Positions 24,011 to 38,022 of a DNA stretch of 64,000 bases are shown in pieces. The notes beneath the pieces are model-generated. The model did no database searches, was not told the origin of the DNA, and saw only the letters and a list, made by a program, of their open reading frames with translations. Position 1 is the stretch's first letter, and every line of letters starts with the position of its first letter. This DNA is from Octopus vulgaris (taxonomy: Eukaryota). Location: contig OX597827.1 of NCBI GenBank assembly GCA_951406725.2, positions 52,142,001-52,206,000 of the forward strand, given 5' to 3'. The position numbers and the translations under genes were made by a program.

Positions 24011-25029
24011 AAAAGAGAAGCCAATCTTCATCTGGCTGTCCATAACAACATCTATGTAGAGGGATGAAAGAAGGGGAGAAATCAACTGGGGAGGTAACCC
24101 TTGTCACAGCATATATTTAGGAGGGGAGGAGAAAAGTGGTTGAGAGAGAGATAGTGTGTGAAAGATAGATAGATAAGTAGACAGGTAGTGTTACCATAAT
24201 AACTAACAAGTTTTTATTAAAAACGCAGGAATTTTAAGTGAAAGTCTGTCAACACAATGCAAACTTCAAAATAACTATATGTATAATATATAGTTATTAT
24301 TTTGGTTGTATGTTTCTGTGTGTCTTTCAACATATAAACAATGCAACACGGGCTTTAAAAAAATACTTTCACTATAATGTGAAATGGTTATTGCTGAGAG
24401 AGAGAGAGAGAGAGAATGTGTGTATGTGTGAAAGATAGAATCAAAATTTATTTCAAGAAAAAAAAAGAAACAGTTTGTTGTTGAGCATATCATTGTGACC
24501 ATTGTAGTAGGCTTTTGCTGAAGAGTCTATTTCATCTGATAGCAAAGCGAAAAGAATAGCAATAGTATTAATGCTAAAAGTAACTTAATCCATAATATGA
24601 AAAAAAGTAATTTCAGGATACCCAGTAGATACCATTTCTGTATAATTTTATAAGTGCGCTGTCTGTAGTAATCATCAAAATATACATAGGCTCTTTGGCT
24701 GATTTTAAGAGATGCTGTTTGGCACATATTAGTTTGTTCTCTAATATTAAGCATAAATCTTCTACTTTGCTAGTAAATTATATTCATCATCTCAAAGCTA
24801 ATAGTGTTTCCTTTAACATCTGGTTAAATTAGGGCTGGAAGACCTTACATGGATGGTTGCACTGCATACAATTTGTGCAGCCAAGGATCCCTTAAGATTT
24901 TACACGAGAATAAGGATCTCTTTAATAAGCAATATTATATAATAACATTCTGCAGGCATAGATTTTTTTAACATTTTTTTCCTTTTACCATAGATTAACA
25001 TGTTCCAGTTGGCATTTATAATTATACAT

Positions 25030-25800
25030 TTTGTATTCAGATCTAACCTTCTAATTCTTGCTTTTATCTATTTAGCCTAAATAGAATGACGACCTACCTT
25101 AATTCAAATGAAGCTTTACAATTATTGTATGTTTTCCATTTGCGTAATATTGTTGGTTGTTATAGTTCATCCTCACAACATTTACATCTTTTTATTTCTT
25201 TATATTTTTCTAGTGGCTTTATTCTTATCTGCACACTCAGACACTTAAATCAGCTTGTCAATGCCTCTTTTACACAGTAGAGGCCATTTCATTTACCATT
25301 TCTTTTTTTCTTAATAGATTCCCTTTCATCGCCCTTTATTCCTTATTCTTCAAACTTAGATCTACAACCTGTTCTTAATAGTCAAGCTTTTCATACCAGT
25401 CTTTCATTCTTTACTCTCTTCTTTCTCATCCTTTTTCTATATCCCACCTCTCTCACACATTTTAATGACATATTTTTGCTCTAGATCTTACATCCTTTCT
25501 CTCCCTTTTCCTTTATTCACATCACCAGTTCTAATTACCCTCTTCTTCCTCCATCTTTTTATTGGTACTTATTGATTTTCCTAAATATGTGGACTGCTAC
25601 TATTGCATTCTCATTTGCTACTCATCCTTCTGATGAAAATATTCAGCATTTCCAGCATAAAGATATGAACGTATCATGCTTGATATTTTTGCTTATTTAC
25701 TGTATATGATTATTGCTTCACTATGTACATTTATTTGCATAATATGCACTGTAGCATCAACTTTGGAAACAGCTGTAAAGATAACATCTCATATAATTGC
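25030..25800 (+). mobile_element. Decayed Penelope-like 3' end with hammerhead-like halves
   Basis: Weak C-terminal peptide resemblance (FFKLRS..LN), a pyrimidine-rich tract, CTGATGA at 25630 and GAAACAGCTGTA at 25766. Related sequence lies inverted at 22748-22810. Confidence 0.5.
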
Positions 25801-26579
25801 ATTAATGCCATCAATAGTTATTTGTCTATCTTTTATTTCATGTGTGTGTGTATATAAATATATGTATACACACACACAGAGTTATACATTTGAAGGCAGT
25901 TGCATATGTTTGTGTGTGTTTGTCATCACTTCACAGCCAGTGGTGATTTTTTTTTTTGTTTTAACTTTTCATAACTTAGTATTGCATCAAGCAGTTACTG
26001 AAGCTCAGTACCAAATTTAAAATATGTATTCATTTGATCTGGTGAAGTAATCGCTTCAAGGTGATAGTAACTGAAACCAGTAAGTAATGCATATACACAT
26101 ACACATGTGTCTGTTTGTGTGTGCTACTAGGCATATATACATATATAAGGCAAGGTATGCATTTGTGATTAGGAGGACCACTTATCCTTGTGGTTTGGGT
26201 TTTCTCCTACGCAACAGCACCTAAAGCTACTGTCTACTGCTGTGAAGCCAGGTTAGCCAATGTTTTGCAAATGAATTTGGTAGACAGCTGTTATGTGTGT
26301 GGTGAGGGGAGGAGTAGCTTAGTGAATGTTTATACCTTCCATGCTTCACATTAAAATGTGCAGAGCTCCAAGCAGTTAAGTTTGTTGTCATTTTTCATGT
26401 CAGCAACGTTGTCCATTGGCTCTGCACTTTTGACAGTATGTTTGAGTAAGAGATTCCTTGCTTATATAACAGATAAGGTTTGGTGACTGGAAGAGCAACT
26501 GTCTGTAAAATGATGCCTTAATCATAAATATTTGTCTAATACATTCTAGAATAGTGAGAAGTGCATGGACAAGCAAACA

Positions 26580-26593
26580 GTATGTATGTGTGC

Positions 26594-26633
<40 letters not shown>

Positions 26634-26885
26634 GGCAGGATTGATTGAATAGATTGAATTGTTTGTATGTGAATTTATAGATATTCATCATAACTGGTTT
26701 TAACGAGTATGTTTACTTGTATGTGTATATGTTGGTCATGTATGTTTGTGTATAGGTTTTATGTATATGTAACGTCTATATTTGGATGTATGTATACATT
26801 TTTTTTAAATTTATGTACACGTCTGTATATATGCGTAAAAGTATTTTTGTATATATAACTATATAAATGAATATATGTAATAGAA

Positions 26886-26939
<54 letters not shown>

Positions 26940-27240
26940 GTATGTATACATATGTGTGTGTATATTCATTTATATATGCCTATATACACATATATATATA
27001 TCCTTGTTAAGTTTGAAGTACTTATATTCTGCTATTGATTTGTCAAATTAATGGCAGGGTATTCATTGAACTTCAAAATCTGGTTAAATTAATGGGAATT
27101 GTCCTCCAAAAATTAACGCAATTCTATTAAAAGAAATATTTATCCACTCATCCGGTGTTTAGTACTCATTCTTTCAGTTCATTACTAACATATCCATATG
27201 TATCTGTGTATGTGTGTATTTATGTGTATATGTATGTATG

Positions 27241-27284
<44 letters not shown>

Positions 27285-27315
27285 GCGATTGACATGTATA
27301 TGTATCCATGTGTGC

Positions 27316-27348
<33 letters not shown>

Positions 27349-28931
27349 CGCGTGTATGTGTATACATAATTTGATGTATATTACATGTGTGTGTTTATGT
27401 GTTCCTGTTAACCATCCTATCCATGCATGCAAGGAAGACAGACATTAAATGATGGTGATGATGATGATGATATATATATATATATAACAAAGTGAAGTTG
27501 TAAGGTACCGCATGAGTACAATTATATATGAAAGAAGGTTTGAAAATGCAGTTTTAAAAGATGTTTATCTTTTAAAACTTCATTTTTAAACCTTCTTTCA
27601 TATATATATATGCATGTGTGTGTTATACACAGACACTCATACATACATATAGCTCTGCATATACGTGTGCAGGTAATTGTGTTGGAATGTGTGATCCTAA
27701 GAGAGAGTGCATGCATGTATCTGGTTCATACAGGAGAAAACTCAACACATGAAACTGTGCATGTGCAGCTATATCTGTGACTAAGACTGAAATGTTTGTG
27801 GAGTAAACACTGTCCCCTTCAGTCAGTGATGCAGCTCCACAAATTACACTATGTATACAGATATAGCACAAGGTACATACACACTCATATATGTATATAT
27901 ATATACTGTTATGTCTGCATATAACTAAGTGTAATTTAAAATATATATTCTCCAACCCATGCCTGCATGGAAGACAGATGTTAAATGATGATGATGGTGA
28001 TATAAGTATATGCATATATGCATTTATGTATTTACATTTTTCGCATATAATATCTTTTTGTGGAGAGTGGTTTTAGCGTTTGGCTACAGCATAATGTAAA
28101 CATGTACATGCATGCATGCACACACACCCATGTACATATATGCTGTAAAATGTGAATTTAATTTTCCCTAAATATACACACTATTTCATTCACATGTATA
28201 TCAGTACACATACACACATTCATGTATGTATGTATGTATGTGTGTACATATATATATATACATCTAATTCTTCTCATGCACATGCATCCAAATTGTTTTG
28301 TTTTTTTGTTTATTTATTTATGAACATATTTATTTTTAAGTTTTATTTTTTACTTTCTGTTTCTTACAGAATCATAGAATTCACTCCTGTTACTTGTGAC
28401 TAAATCCACTCTCATATACCCTTTACTTATCTACACAAATGATTATATGCATATATATACATCAGTGTTTGTTTTTTATTTTAATGTACATTCACACAAC
28501 CAAAGCTGTATGTCTAAACTAAAATTAGCATATGCACACATACATACATTTTTATATGTTTTTGCATGTGTATATACAAACATATACACGCTCATGCTCA
28601 CTTCTTTATAGTTACACAAATATCAACCTGTCAAAAATTCCTGACTCCACACATGATAACATGGTGAGACAGCTGAGCAAAAGTAATATACATGCATATA
28701 AAATAGTTACTACTAATGCAAACTTTCATTTTCCTTAATCCCACACACAGACATATCTGTCCTGAGATATATACACACACACACACACGTTATGTGTGTC
28801 TGTGTGTGTATATATATGTGTGTGTATGTATATGTATACCCACAGATGAACATATATGTATGTGTGTACATGTGTATGTGTATATATATATACACACACA
28901 CACATGTATATGTGTATATATGTACTTCATA

Positions 28932-28969
<38 letters not shown>

Positions 28970-29326
28970 TATATATATATAAATACATACGTGTGTGTGT
29001 ATGTACATATGTGTATGTGTGTACATTATGTAATTATATATATATGTATATAATTATATACATATATAGGTGTATATATGTATACACCTATATATATATA
29101 CATATAGGTCTGGTGATGGAAACAGGAGAAATAGAAATCAATATACATGTATGTATATTTTTTTAATCGATGAAATATTTATCAAAGTATTGCAAGACCC
29201 AAGTGTTTCATGCATAGCACTTACCAGACTTAAATGTATATATGCACCTGTGTGTGTATGTGTTTATATATATATATATAAACTTGGGTTGAGTTCTTCA
29301 CTGGAAATACCCTACCAGGACCTAAG

Positions 29327-29361
<35 letters not shown>

Positions 29362-29531
29362 TGCCTATGTAAATTTATATATTCATAAACGTTTGTATAT
29401 ATTTGTATATTCAACATGCATATTGATAAATATATGTGTTGTGTAAGTGTATATATTGTTTATATGCATATATGTGTGTATATATACATATGTATGCATA
29501 TACCTGTGTGAATAAATATGTGTTATATATA

Positions 29532-29560
<29 letters not shown>
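26580..29560. repeat. Interspersed compound (TA)/(TG)/(CA) microsatellites
   Basis: Direct reading of the sequence. Confidence 0.9.
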
Positions 29561-29563
<3 letters not shown>

Positions 29564-29969
29564 GTGGCCAAAACTCTTACACTCTTATTATCTGTTGACT
29601 TCATGTTTTTTCCTCTTCATTATGTTTGTAATCAATTTCAAAAGTTTTGTTGATTTTTTGCCTATGTTACTTCAAAATTGATATATTGTTCAATCTAAAA
29701 CAGATATTAATAAAATTAAGGCTGTATAAATCTGTTATTGAAAGTAAAAATGTGATTTCTGTACTTCCTGTTCATTAGCCAATCAACATTGTAACAGGAT
29801 CATTCCTCTTTAAGTAACTAATTATTGTTGAAGCCCAATCATACTAGTTTCAGAGGTTGCTTATCATTGATCAACGCTCTCATTATTTCTCGTAACTACT
29901 CAATCATTGATAGTAAAGTATTGAATTTGCCTTCTTCACATGTTCAGAATAATTGGACACCATCTAAGC

Positions 29970-30211
29970 TAGTGGTTGTCAACTGGAGTCTACATGACCC
30001 TGGAGGTGGGGAGGCATGAAGAAATTTATATATGTTTTTACAGCAAGAAAAATCTATTTCTTTCTCTAATGTTTGTAAAACAAAATAGGAATTTTGAAAG
30101 AAGTATCTGTATAAATAGTTTTTAAACATTGAGTAGATATGGGGGTTCACCAGTGTAAAGTAGTGATGAAAGGAGTCCATAGGTAAAAAAAAAACTGGTT
30201 GAGAACCACTG
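29970..30211. mobile_element. hAT-superfamily MITE
   Basis: TIRs TAGTGGTTGTCAAC / GTTGAGAACCACTG, with a perfect 8-bp target duplication ATCTAAGC at 29962-29969 and 30212-30219. Confidence 0.9.
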
Positions 30212-30239
30212 ATCTAAGCAATGAATAGATCCTTTGAGA

Positions 30240-30860
30240 ATAAGTTTACACCTTTCAACAAATAACTAGAAACATTGTAGAACATGGAACAAAATGTGGC
30301 ATAAAAAAGTTTGTAAACACTTATAAAAAAGTTGAAACTGTGGAAACTGCAAAACACAGCAAGTAGCCTAACCAACAGATGCCACCTCTAACTGATCATT
30401 GGAAGACATCAGAAAAAATCTTGCAAACATTATCAGCTTGAGGTCAGACCAAGCAATAGAAGTATCAGGTACAAACTCTTTAATTTAAAACAAGACTGTC
30501 AAGAAATGTAATAGTGTGGTTTTATATCTAGTAGAAATTGTAGCCATATTGAAATTATAAATAGAAATTTAAATTTAAAGAAACTATTTTTTGAATGAAG
30601 TTGACATACTTTCTCATAATTCAAATGAAGCAATTTTTCAAGTTGACAGCATCCCCATATCATTGAGCGAAATCCAGTATGAAATGGTTGAAGACCATAA
30701 AATAAAAGTTTTTACAATGGATTGTAAAGAACCTCAACCTTAACCTGATAAAACATTCATAATCAAGAATGTAGACCAATATCAGTTTTCAGTTTGGAAA
30801 ACTCAGTTGATTGAAGCTAACATAATATTGTTCTGAACACTAATACTTATTGTTATACAG
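30240..30860 (+). mobile_element. Possible highly decayed Tc1/mariner transposase
   Basis: Faint peptide resemblance only (e.g. SNEAIF ~ SDEAxF). Confidence 0.3.
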
Positions 30861-31149
30861 TACACTAAATTATTTTGCTTTATATGGTGCTTCAGGTACT
30901 TGACATTAATGCATTTTGCAGTATTTAAATGTCAATGTTGCTTTATTCAGTTGAAGAACAATATCCATTTTAAAGTAACTTAGGTTACAGAACCATAAAA
31001 TATTCTTAGAGGATAGCAAGGAAAATTATTATAAATAGGAAATGGGCACAAAGTCAACAAGCAACAACTATGTAAGAAAATGTTCAGAATTTTGGCTACT
31101 GTGTGTGTGTGAGTGTAAAATATATATAGTGTATTAATATGCATGTTAT

Positions 31150-31162
31150 ATATGTGTGTGTG

Positions 31163-31230
<68 letters not shown>

Positions 31231-31416
31231 GTACATATATATAAATACACACATATATATATACATATATATATGTACATATATATAAATACACACATAT
31301 ATATATATACATATGTATATGTACATATATATATACATATATATATATATACATATATATATACACATATATATAAATACACACACATATATATATACAC
31401 ACACATATATATATAT

Positions 31417-31474
<58 letters not shown>

Positions 31475-31635
31475 ATATATATATGTGTGTGTATTTATAT
31501 ATATGTGTATATATATATGTATATATATACATATGTATATATATATGTACATATACATATGTATATATATATATGTGTGTATTTATATATATGTACATAT
31601 ATATATGTATATATATATGTGTGTATTTATATATA

Positions 31636-31680
<45 letters not shown>
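31150..31680. repeat. Palindromic compound microsatellite
   Basis: The left half (~31220-31425) is the reverse complement of the right half (~31465-31650) around a pure (TA)n centre. Confidence 0.85.
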
Positions 31681-31682
<2 letters not shown>

Positions 31683-32314
31683 CATACTGCTAACAGTATA
31701 TGCAGATTGTAATCAACTGAAGGGTTCTGGAGTGAAAAAAAAAAAAAATATTTCCTCCAGTAATGGGCAGACTGTTAGTCTGATATTTGTAAGGGCAATT
31801 ATGTATTTTCTCAGAAACCGTGTTATGCTGTATTCCTTCCTCCTGAAAGATGGTTTTTCTACCTATCAAAGAATCTAAGCATGTTCTGAGGAAAACTTGT
31901 CTTTTTTTTTTTTTTCTCTCCTCTTGTTGTTTTACACTCTATTATTGCCATTGATTAACTTTTTTTTGTTGTTTTTGTCAGCAGCCATGTTGATGGTGGT
32001 TGTTTTTGCGGTAGAATCGCAAGTGACATTCACTACTCTTGTTATTGTTATTGAGACTGTTGTTGATGATGATGATGATGTTTGTTTTTCCTTTATCAAA
32101 TGTGACAGTTTTGTTTTAGCAGAATTGAAAAAAACCTCAACTCCACCCATTCCCTACCACCACATCTACCTTCTTCACGTGTATTCTTTTTCTTCTTCAC
32201 TTGAGTTATAGAATAATTTCTTGTTCAGTTTGAGTATGTAGCCATATCTTGGTTTGTTGCCAATGATATTTTCAATACACTCTAGTCTTTTCCTGTTCTT
32301 ATTTTCACTTTCTG

Positions 32315-32315
<1 letters not shown>

Positions 32316-32380
<65 letters not shown>
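32316..32380. repeat. (TC)n microsatellite
   Basis: Direct reading of the sequence. Confidence 0.95.
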
Positions 32381-32385
<5 letters not shown>

Positions 32386-35300
32386 TGTGTTTTTTGTTTT
32401 GTAAACTTATGAAACAGAACTAAATTCACAGATGTGTTTACACACACATTGTCAATGGAGATAAAACTAATTGATAAAAATAAAATAAATCTTGAAATAA
32501 TCAAAAAAGCAAAGTAACATTGGAAGTGTGGTGGTTTGGGGGGATACTAATTTATTCATTTTTTTCATGTTATTATTCAACATTTGAAGTGACAGAGCAT
32601 AAAACAGAGGCCAACATATCCACCCTCCAACTCATGTATGTTCTTTTTTTTTTCATATGTGTATACTGTATGTATGTATTTGTATGCACTGTCTCCCCTC
32701 AAGATAATATTGCCAAACATCCACCTGATAAGCAAGGGTTGATTTAAGATTCTTAGGATCTTCTGCACACAAGACATGATTCTCACATGTCACTGGTTAT
32801 AATTTGGTCACCTTGGTTCTATCATGTATACTCAATGTCTCTCAAAGAATGTGAAATGGAGAGTGCAGATAATCAAATGAATGGGATGCAACTCTAACAG
32901 CTAAGTTAAGCAAACTCTAAACTGGTGTTAGTGATTGGTGTCGTTCACAGATGTAATCTATTGTAGTATTTCTAAAAGTGGTGAGTTTTTATTAGCTTTG
33001 AGTTTACATCCACCTGTCAATGTGGCAAAGGCAATGAAAAAAGCACTTCACTTTGTTCTTTCTTGGAATCAATATATTATCACTTGCAAGACTAAAAGAA
33101 AGTATTGATGGATGATTAACTCAAAGGTGTAGCATGTTTGTGTAATCTTGCTGAGCAAAGTATCAATTAATTGTGAACCAAGTCTGAGAATCTGGATTTG
33201 AAGGATGGAGTTCTGTTTGGAAACACAACCTTCAATTAATATTTCTCTATTAATAAAACCTCTCTCTTTACATATTCACACACACATGTCAATTATAAAT
33301 TTCAATTTCCCAAGATAGAATTAGGGAAGATTTTGGTTACTTGAAGTTATGCCAGTGTGAGAAACCATTATTTTATAGTAACTAGTACTTTAGTGAGTTC
33401 AGTGCAGTTTCAGTTCCTGGTTGAAGCCATTTCATACTGTTACACTGCTAATACCTTTCAAATTAGTACGAGCATCATGTTCCCTATTTCCTTCCTCTTT
33501 AAATCTTCAGCTTTGTAACTCATCAAAAGGTATTTTGATTTTGTATTTAATGCTTCTTTCCCTGTTATCAAGAACTGGGTAATTTTCATGATCAAGATAT
33601 GTGGCACTTTATTGTAGATCTATCCAAATCATACCAACATGCAAAAATGGACTCTAAAACATTGGTTGTATATGAAGCTATGTCCCTACATTACTATCCA
33701 TATGATCATGACTCCAAACCTTACTTTATCTTTCATGTTATGTCTCTCGACAGACTGCATAACTCTGCCTGCGACAGTCTGTCTACTTGACAATCACAGT
33801 CTGTTATTACATTAGTCTTATTTTCAAAGATGATGATGATGATGACTAAAACTGCAGCATCACAAGAATGGTAGTGATAGACAAAATGAGTTGTGGTAAA
33901 GGAGATTGATTCAAATTGATTTTGCCTTTCATTATTAATAAAACTGGTTAACAAAAAAAAAAAACCCATAAGGCCTGTGTTAATTTAAAATTCGTCATCA
34001 TTATTATTGTTGATGATGTTATATTAATATAGAATATCTAGAAAGATAAGATTTCACATTCTGGGTTCTTACATGTTGCCAACATTCTAATGTTATCCCT
34101 GAGCAACACTTTACTTGCACCTAATCAAGACTCAGTTGGTGTGTTTAGTTAGTTATTTAAGACATATCCTGGAAGGTGTGCATTGTTAAATTGTGTTTTT
34201 GATGCTCTAATGTCAGTGTTTGTTTAGTTACTGGATTTTATTAGATGCTAGAATTGCAGTGTAGCTTTCTAAGAATTTAGTTTTATTTTCAATTAAAAAT
34301 TATAGCAGCCAGTGTGAGACACATTTGAAAATTTTGATGTGCTTATGTGTCTATAATAATATTGAAATTGCATAGAATGTTTAGATTTCCAGCTTCTGGT
34401 GACCAAGTGCACTTGTGCTCCATTTATTTACTGTTCCAAAACAAAGTTACTCATTGATTTTCTTGAAAAAGTTAAAAACTTACAGAGAAAAATAAAAGCA
34501 TTAGGTCGGTGTCTCTTTTAGTGTTGTATATTATTAATGGAATGAAACTATGTCAGTATATTTATGTCTCCTGTATTTAAGCACTTGAAGTTCATGATCA
34601 GGGTTCAAGTATTCAGGGTCTTAAGCCCTCTCAGATGTGTGGAGCCTAGTTCTGTAGATGATTTTTGAGTTTGTGATAGCTAATATGTAGGTCAGATGAT
34701 GCTTTGATTCTGTGTAATAGTGTGATATATTACAAGTTAGGGTGTTGCATTACTACTACTACTTCATGATAAGGAAGCATGATATAGAACTCTATTGTCA
34801 TTGGCAAGAGTTTTGATTGGATTTGAACTTGTTGACCAGAATTAATGTTCACAATGAAAGTACAGTCTTAGCTCACATGGCTTTACCTACATGTAATCCA
34901 TGCAAGGATCATTGCTGCACTTTTGAAAACATGAAGTGCCTTTAGGAATTCCACTTGTCATAAAGAGTTAACCACCAGAAACTGCCTGATGGAGACCGAG
35001 TTCCAGACTATGCCAGTTGAAGAGAACTGGTCGTATAATGTCTCTGATGATTAGTGGGATAACTGACATAAAAGTGAATATACACCTATTTATCGCCAAG
35101 ACACTGCCAAGTAAAAGTCAGCTTTAGTCAGAATACCAACCCTATCAAGTTTTGAACTTGTGATTCCTCTTTCTTTTTCAGTCGACCAAAGAACTGTATT
35201 GTATTCTAAAGCTTTGCTTGGACAGGGCTGAGTGGTTGAGAGAGGTGGGGACTAATGTAGTTGTTCTGTAAAATTTTCAAATGTTTTGTAAACATTATTG

Positions 35301-38022
35301 TTGTTATGAAAGAAATTTATTATTTATGAAATAAATCATTATTGTTATTACATCAATGTGTAATAGCTGAATGCTGCTCTGTCATGAATTAGTACGCTCT
35401 TAAAAGCATTTTGTTATATCTAGACATGATTCTTGGCTCTATTTGCCTTACAAAATTATTACTACAACTACTATTCACAGTGACATTGGACTACTGTATC
35501 ACATTTAACAATAAAATGTCCTCAATTTGCTCACGTTAGTGATATTGAACTCTGCTCTTAGCAAGTTTGTGTCAGCTGTTGTTTCTATGTCCATATGTGT
35601 AAACCAATTCTTATTCAGGTCCTGATTAATTTATGAAAACATAAGCAATCTCAGAGTTTTTCCAGTCTCAGTTTTTCTTCAGTAAAATAGTTAGAAATGA
35701 GTGATTGGGAAATTACAATTAGATCTTGATTATTTCACTTGTAGAAAATAAAGGATTTGCTGAGATAATGATACTAAATTATATATCATTAGTCCTTTAT
35801 TTTCTACATACCAAAAGAAGAAAGATTGTGTTCTGTCTTATTGATAGAATAATTCAATAGGAACTAGACTGCACATTGTTTCTAAAATGCAGGATTGAAA
35901 TAGTCACAGTAATTCAAGCACACAATGTAACAGGTTTCAATTTACAGCCCAATCAAAGTTTACATAAATCATAATGTATTACAGATTTTTTTTTTATTGC
36001 AAAATTGTCATTTGTGTTGTAGAAAAAGCATTATTAATATAATTGGCTTGAAGGCAATTCATTTAAACAGGACATGTCTTGTACCATGACTAGCTAAATG
36101 AAAGGTTCTGTATTGTAAAAAGTAATGTTATGTCATTGACTTTTATATGAGTGCCACATGTATGCAAGCAGATCATGAGAAAACGAAAAAAAGTGAACAT
36201 ATGTGTATTATTAATAGAAATCACTAAATGGTTGGTTGTTCTGCTCTGTATTGCTTTTTTACTGTGGAAAGAGAAATCAGCTCAATCTGCTCCATTGAAG
36301 TGAAAACCAAAAAAGAGTAAACTGTCACACTCCTATATAAAATAGTTAAAATGGTGAAAATAAAATGTGATAAAACAGTAAAACCAAAATACTACTTGTT
36401 GCTTGAAGAGAATGAAATTGTTACATTAGCCTCCTAGATTGATGGAGAAGCAGTGATCGATAACAACTAACAAAATGATTAATACAAATATTTTAATAGA
36501 AGTGAATTGACTGTAGAACCAACAGAGATATAGCATGTATGTATGTGCAAGGTGCAAATTGGACAGGTGGCTGCATGATATGTATACAAGATACAAGTGA
36601 GTTTGTGATGTGCACACAAGTATGGTTTTGCATGTGCACATAGCAAGTGAGTCTTCAGAAAATGCTTTCATATATGAGAATCTGCAGAAAGGTGAAATGG
36701 TATAGTTTTCCTAACATAAATATGGTTTACTTTGATATCACCATGTGCTCTAAAGGAATATCTTGTAGGGAAAAGGTGAAAACTGCAGACTACTACAAGT
36801 CTTGCTCTTCAGCTGCATAATTAATTGATTAATGTGTATTGTTCTTGTATTTATGTTAGTTGTGTGTATGAAACAAACGAAAACTGAGTTAATGATAAAG
36901 CCACCCAAGTACAAGGAAATATTTGTTACTGGGTGGTAGATTAGGCCAATACTTGTTGAAAACAGTTAAAAGGTTGAAATGATTAATTATTATTTAAAGA
37001 TATTAACTGTTTCATTGCTTGAACAATTAACAAGATATAAAAGAAACTTTACCAAGACATCCTGTTTACATAGGTAACCAGTAATTAAAACCATATTTCT
37101 ACTGATTTTGTTTGTTTGTTTTTTCTTGAGTTTTGGTAGAGAGATGGTGATTAAATATTTGCCACAGCTAATGTTGATCTGTTTCATGTAAGAGATGATG
37201 GTAGTGATGTGCCACTGTTGAGCTGGTCGGTGTTCCATGTAATTGACAATTGTTCTATCAGAGTTGGATTACCAGTTATTTCTGTCTAAACAGCATCAAT
37301 AGCGAAAACTGTACTCACTATTTTGTCATGTCAGAGAATGGGGTTTAAATTGTGGAAAACAAGATGGGTTGTTGGGTTAGCTGCATGCATACAACTGACC
37401 CCAAAAACTGGGAGTAATAGCAGCAAGAATACAGACAAACCTAGTTATTGTAAACAAAACTATTGAGCAATGTAGGGAATTATAAACAAATGTATTGTCC
37501 TCTCTTATCAGAAATGCTGTCTGTTCAATCAGAAGAATGTCTATATAATCAAAAACATTGCTGTTTGTTTGAAAGTCAAGGGTCAAGAATTGTATAAAAT
37601 TAAGGGTTCATTACAATAGCAATGATAGTATGTATACTACTTATGTTGTCTACATCCCAACAGAAGATAATGTTCTTCCAGTCTAATTGGTAAAATAATT
37701 CAATACATAATTTGGGAGTGCATATTTGAAACAGGAGAGTTATACAGATATAGAATATAACCAATTTCAATTTATAATTTCAGTCAAAGCAAAGTTTACA
37801 TAAAATGTATGTTTTACAAAGCCAATGGAGTTGTAGAAATAATGCTATTAATTTGCCAGGTGGAACAAATGAAGCAATTCTATCTTACATTCAACCCAGC
37901 TATTAAGAACAGTGAAGTAAAGGTGGGTCAATATTACAGAAAATAATGTTAAGTGAATACCTGAGTTAATGTTTCCTTTGAGTGCTATGCATATGCTAGC
38001 AAATATTGACACGAAATTCATT

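Noticed and set aside
23749-24012. Asn-rich 87-aa ORF
   Set aside because: Degenerate (AAT)n tract with no convincing splice context.
20452-31712. Many YIYI/CVCV/THTH/ERER ORFs
   Set aside because: These are translations of dinucleotide microsatellites.
35044-35075. CTGATGA followed by a short stem (possible hammerhead or SECIS)
   Set aside because: No GAAA follows the stem, there is no proper SECIS geometry, and no in-frame UGA selenoprotein candidate is evident.
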